Assembly: GCA_900617105.1 (NCBI GenBank)
Contig: UYFQ01000710.1
Location: forward strand, 62,001-126,000
Direction of reading: 5' to 3'
Origin: Hydrurus foetidus
Taxonomy: Eukaryota
DNA: 64,000 nucleotides
Of this stretch, positions 60,401 through 64,000 are shown one piece after another; within the stretch, counting starts at the first letter, position 1; every line of letters starts with the position of its first letter. The notes beneath the pieces were generated by a model. The model was not told the origin of the DNA. It saw nothing but the letters and a program-made list of their open reading frames with translations, and did not search any database. The translations under genes were made by a program, and so were the position numbers.

Positions 60401-61836
60401 ATAGTATTTTTGTTTGAATGCAGTCGATTCTTTTTCGAACGATAGATTCAATTAAACTCTTTCCCCATCATTAATTCTCGTCATCTAAATGACTTTATTA
60501 GGCTGGACCGTTGTCACAACTTGTAAGGAAACATTTGGCCGAAAGATACAGCGGATATTACCGGTAAACCAAATAATGCCTCATCTCATACAGCAACAAT
60601 ACAATTCATGCAATCCCTCAACGTGATACTTTATGCAGCGTTTTTATTATTATTCGTATTTATTGTCTGATTATTTAATTGATAATCTCAGATATTGGGT
60701 GCAAGTGTGCCGTAACGTACAGATACACTTGGTAACGTACAGATGCACTTGATAACGTACAGATGCACTTGATAACGTACAGATGCACTTGATAACGTAC
60801 AGATGCACTTGAGAACACTTATGAGACTGCCGTGTTACTATGAGTTCTATTCATTTCTGATATTATATCATACCGACTGACGCATTCTCTGTTGACAATT
60901 TTATTCGGTTTAGAGATCCAGTCCATTTAGCGCATGCCGCTGTTCCGCTGCTAGTGGATCTAGAAAGATCGATATCTTCTACAGACACTCTCGGAGAAGC
61001 TAGCGTATTCCGGCCAACTTCTACCGAATTTCCCGACAACCTTACAGTCAAATTATACAGTGGACATGATATCACTGTACTGGCTCTCCTGTACGCCCTG
61101 AAGGCTGACATTATAGAGGAATCTGACGGCTTCTTCTGGCCGGACTACGGTAAGTTACTGATGTTCTCAGCGATATGGATTGTCGACATATTGGCACTGC
61201 TTTCGAGATATTTACATGCGCCTGTCGAATAGCGTTTCATCACCAGGCGTGCTGTCTGTCTCTCAGATCAAGACTCCGCGTTTTCTACGCACTCACTGAC
61301 CCGCGTCGTAACAGTTGAACCATGTGCACTGTGTCTCTGTCTTAATGGTTACCGCTCAGTGTCCTTTCCACTGCTCCTTACCACTCGATGAACACCATGA
61401 CTCCCACTTCCCTTGCCGTACCTTCTTTCATTCCTTCCTTCCCTATTCATCCCATCCATATCTTCCTTTTTCATCCCATCCAAATCTTCCTTTTCCTTCC
61501 CTCTCTCAAATGTATCGAATTTACTCGTATGTACGACACTTGTACACTGTTATGAATTATACGGATCTGTCCACCATTCCTCACCATCTCCATCGGACCC
61601 TCTGAACGTACTTAGGCAGTACAGTAATATTCGAAATTAAAGAAGGTGAAGGCACCACTGATGCAGGCGGAGATAACAGGATTGCAACCGTTTACTTGGA
61701 TCTCTCCCCATTGGCAGTAAATATGCGCGACCCCACACTAAGCACACCCGACACTTCCTCATTCACATTCACATTGAGCGAGCTTAGGAACAGAATTGCT
61801 TTTCACTCAAAGAACCTTCTTCCGAAGGAATGTTAG
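57443..61836 (+). CDS. Histidine acid phosphatase (branch 2), multi-exon
   Basis: RHGHRAP catalytic motif, GCITMRG, STNYQRTQ|ASAQ, LYSGHDITV (HD motif) and WPDY|GSTVIFEI. Stop at 61834-61836. Confidence 0.88.
58840..60197 (-). repeat. ~1.35-kb (GAGT)n/GAATGCAT compound satellite in a phosphatase intron
   Basis: GAGT/GTGA runs punctuated by GAATGCAT. The His/Ser/Leu/Thr-rich ORFs here are repeat translations. Confidence 0.95.
60713..60792. repeat. 20-bp minisatellite x4
   Basis: TAACGTACAGATGCACTTGA in tandem, first copy with minor variants. Confidence 0.9.
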
Positions 61837-62035
61837 GTCCAAGATCCATGATGCAGATTCCAAAACTGTTTCGTTGCTGTGGGGAATGCTCCTTGGGAAT
61901 AATCGGTTCCTACGTGCGCACTGCCAGCTCTTCGATGCGGACATACGCAACACTGCATTGTATTAAGTACTTATAACGCCACACTACAGTGCACACCAGC
62001 ACATCAGCCTTACTCTACTATGTTGTGCCATATAT

Positions 62036-62163
62036 ATTCCTGTGATAGATTAAAGCTGTATTCTGTATTTCTGTGATACATTAAAGCTGTATTCTGTATT
62101 CCTGTGATATATTAAAGCTGTATTCTGTATTCCTGTGATACATTAAAGCTGTATTCTGTATTC
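62036..62163. repeat. 31-bp minisatellite x4
   Basis: TATTCCTGTGATACATTAAAGCTGTATTCTG in tandem with single-base variants. Confidence 0.9.
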
Positions 62164-62801
62164 GACACCCTCTCATCATTGGTTTAACACTCCGCTACGC
62201 TACGATACATTAGAAGCACTTAAACATTCATGATATACTTATCTGTTTCGAGCTGATGCTGACATGTGAAGACAGCGAGGTGGCGAACAGTGGTTGCCTC
62301 TCAGGCGACGACTGTGTCTGCAGCACTTCCAATAGCTGTCTGAGCAGTGTGCAATTGTTTCTGCTTGTGGTAGATGTGCAGATTTAATGTGCTCCGCTCG
62401 AAGAATCTTCTTTTCTTGAACGTAAATTGAACGATACTAATGAATGAATTTCGCGCTGTTAGATGAGACTTGTCGCCAATTTGATTTCACAACTGTTAAA
62501 TGTGCCTCGAAAGTACTCCATCGCAACAGCCTGGCCATACATGATTCGTTAATAGCGTCTACGCCAAATCCAATGTGCAGTACTGTAGCCTAAATCAGCG
62601 CAGTACAGCAGTACACTACAGTAGTGTAGATAGATAATTTCTAAGGTGCCTGAAGTGTCAGTCGGACTTCCGGATAAAATCACTCAATTAAAAGCACTGC
62701 ATCGAATATCGAATGATCAGACATGTGTTTGACTTATTTACAATATAGTAGCAAATGTAAGTATCTAACAGGCATTGCTATAACAGAGATTGCGGAGGGA
62801 G

Positions 62802-63781
62802 TTATGCGAGTTCTGATTCTTTGAGCATCGGGGTATTAGCAGTGGAGTCCTCTATAAGTTCAGTGACTTCCATACTCTCAAAATCCTCCTCTCCATCCTC
62901 CTTAGTGACCTCTTCTTCTTCTTCCATTTCTATGCCGTCATCTTCTTCCTCCCCTTCAGGTGTCTTTGTAATTTCTTCTAATGAATTCAATCCGTTTTTA
63001 TATGCATCGAATTGTGCTTGAATATCTGCAGTTGAAGCTTTTACGAGATTTAAACGCAGCGGAATATCATCCAGAAATTTCCGCTTCTTATCCAAGACTT
63101 CCTCTTTACTCGCCATTATCAAAACGAGCTGTTCTAATCTTTTTGAAGTTTCTTCTCTATCAATTATTTCCCCATTCATTACGTCTTTTGCGGCGGCTTC
63201 TATGGCGGACAGGTCATCTGTAGAAGAGTCAATTGCGGCTAGTGGTCTGCCTATCTCCCGTTCTACAGCATTAAGTTCGGGAGTCGTGTAGTCTTTAAGG
63301 ACACGGATTTCTCTTTGCAAGTAGGCCTTTTTGTAAATAACATTTTCGAGCTGAAGCTTCAAAGTTTCCACCACTTTTTTCTCCGTCTCCACTTCAATTC
63401 GTTTCAGCTCCAGCGCCTGTTGAATCTCTCTATTAAAATGTTTCAGCTTTAAGGTGGCAATGGCTGCTTTTTTATATGGCGGTAACTTCGCATCGATTTC
63501 AATCGCCTGGAGATAAGTTATGCAAAATAAGTCTTCGTTTCAAAACAGTCTGGCGTAATAATTTCCGAATGCTATACAATGAAGGCAAGCGTTGACATCA
63601 TGCGGCTGCAGCCGTGTTTGCTGCCAGCCGTGTTTGACTCCATCTGTCCAGTTCGGATTTAGTCTACCTTTTGACCCATGAGGCTTCCAGCGTCTATCAA
63701 TACGTCACACAAATTTCTGACACTTTCAGCCTTTAAGTCGGACCACATTGGAGTGGCAGCCATGGCACCAGTCGCTATCAT
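62802..63781 (-). CDS. THOC5: THO complex subunit 5 (THOC5/FMIP) N-terminal-domain-like protein, two exons
   Basis: LKLKHFNRE...EKKVVETLKLQLENVIYKKAYLQREIRVLKDY resembles the THOC5 LKxLNR...LQLQNLLYE..HL.KEI..C.EF segment. Phase-0 intron at about 63667-63508. Start is 63781 or 63763. Confidence 0.6.
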
Positions 63782-64000
63782 ACCATTGGCAACTTATTTT
63801 TTGGGTCATTTGACTGCTCGAGGCTGGAAGAAAGTCCGATGCCAAAGCTCATGCATGTCAAGTTTCCTCAGCTACAGTCTACAATACTGTGGTTATCCGG
63901 TTTTGAGTTTTGAGCCCATGTTGATTAATTTTAATTTTTTCGATCTTGAATTTCAACTTTCCTCATCCATTCAGCAGTCAGAATCACAACTGCATACGAT

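Noticed and set aside
60713..62163. 20-bp and 31-bp repeat arrays as CRISPR or iterons
   Set aside because: These are head-to-tail tandem repeats without spacers.

Overview
This is intron-rich eukaryotic DNA with microsatellite-laden GT-AG introns; a stramenopile/chrysophyte-like alga is my inference from gene content and style, not established. Host genes: a RING+PHD protein, two paralogous coiled-coil genes, an EHD-family dynamin-like ATPase with no visible EH domain, an upstream signal-peptide/Gln-rich exon set, HSCB, a REX4-like exonuclease, a BtaA-BtaB betaine lipid synthase, a WDR90-like protein, a histidine acid phosphatase and a short THOC5-like protein. Mobile DNA: a PIF/Harbinger element cut by the window start, several MITE/foldback elements, and a nested pair. 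The pair is a pogo-like DNA transposon (65-bp TIRs, 4-bp TATT target duplication) whose transposase is interrupted by a 6.55-kb chromodomain-bearing Ty3/Gypsy-type element. That retroelement is the most striking item. It has TG...CA ends and a 4-bp CTCC target duplication, and removing it restores the transposase frame. Yet it shows no LTRs and no recognisable tRNA primer site, and it ends in a perfect 72-bp palindrome. All gene models were read by eye and exon boundaries are approximate.
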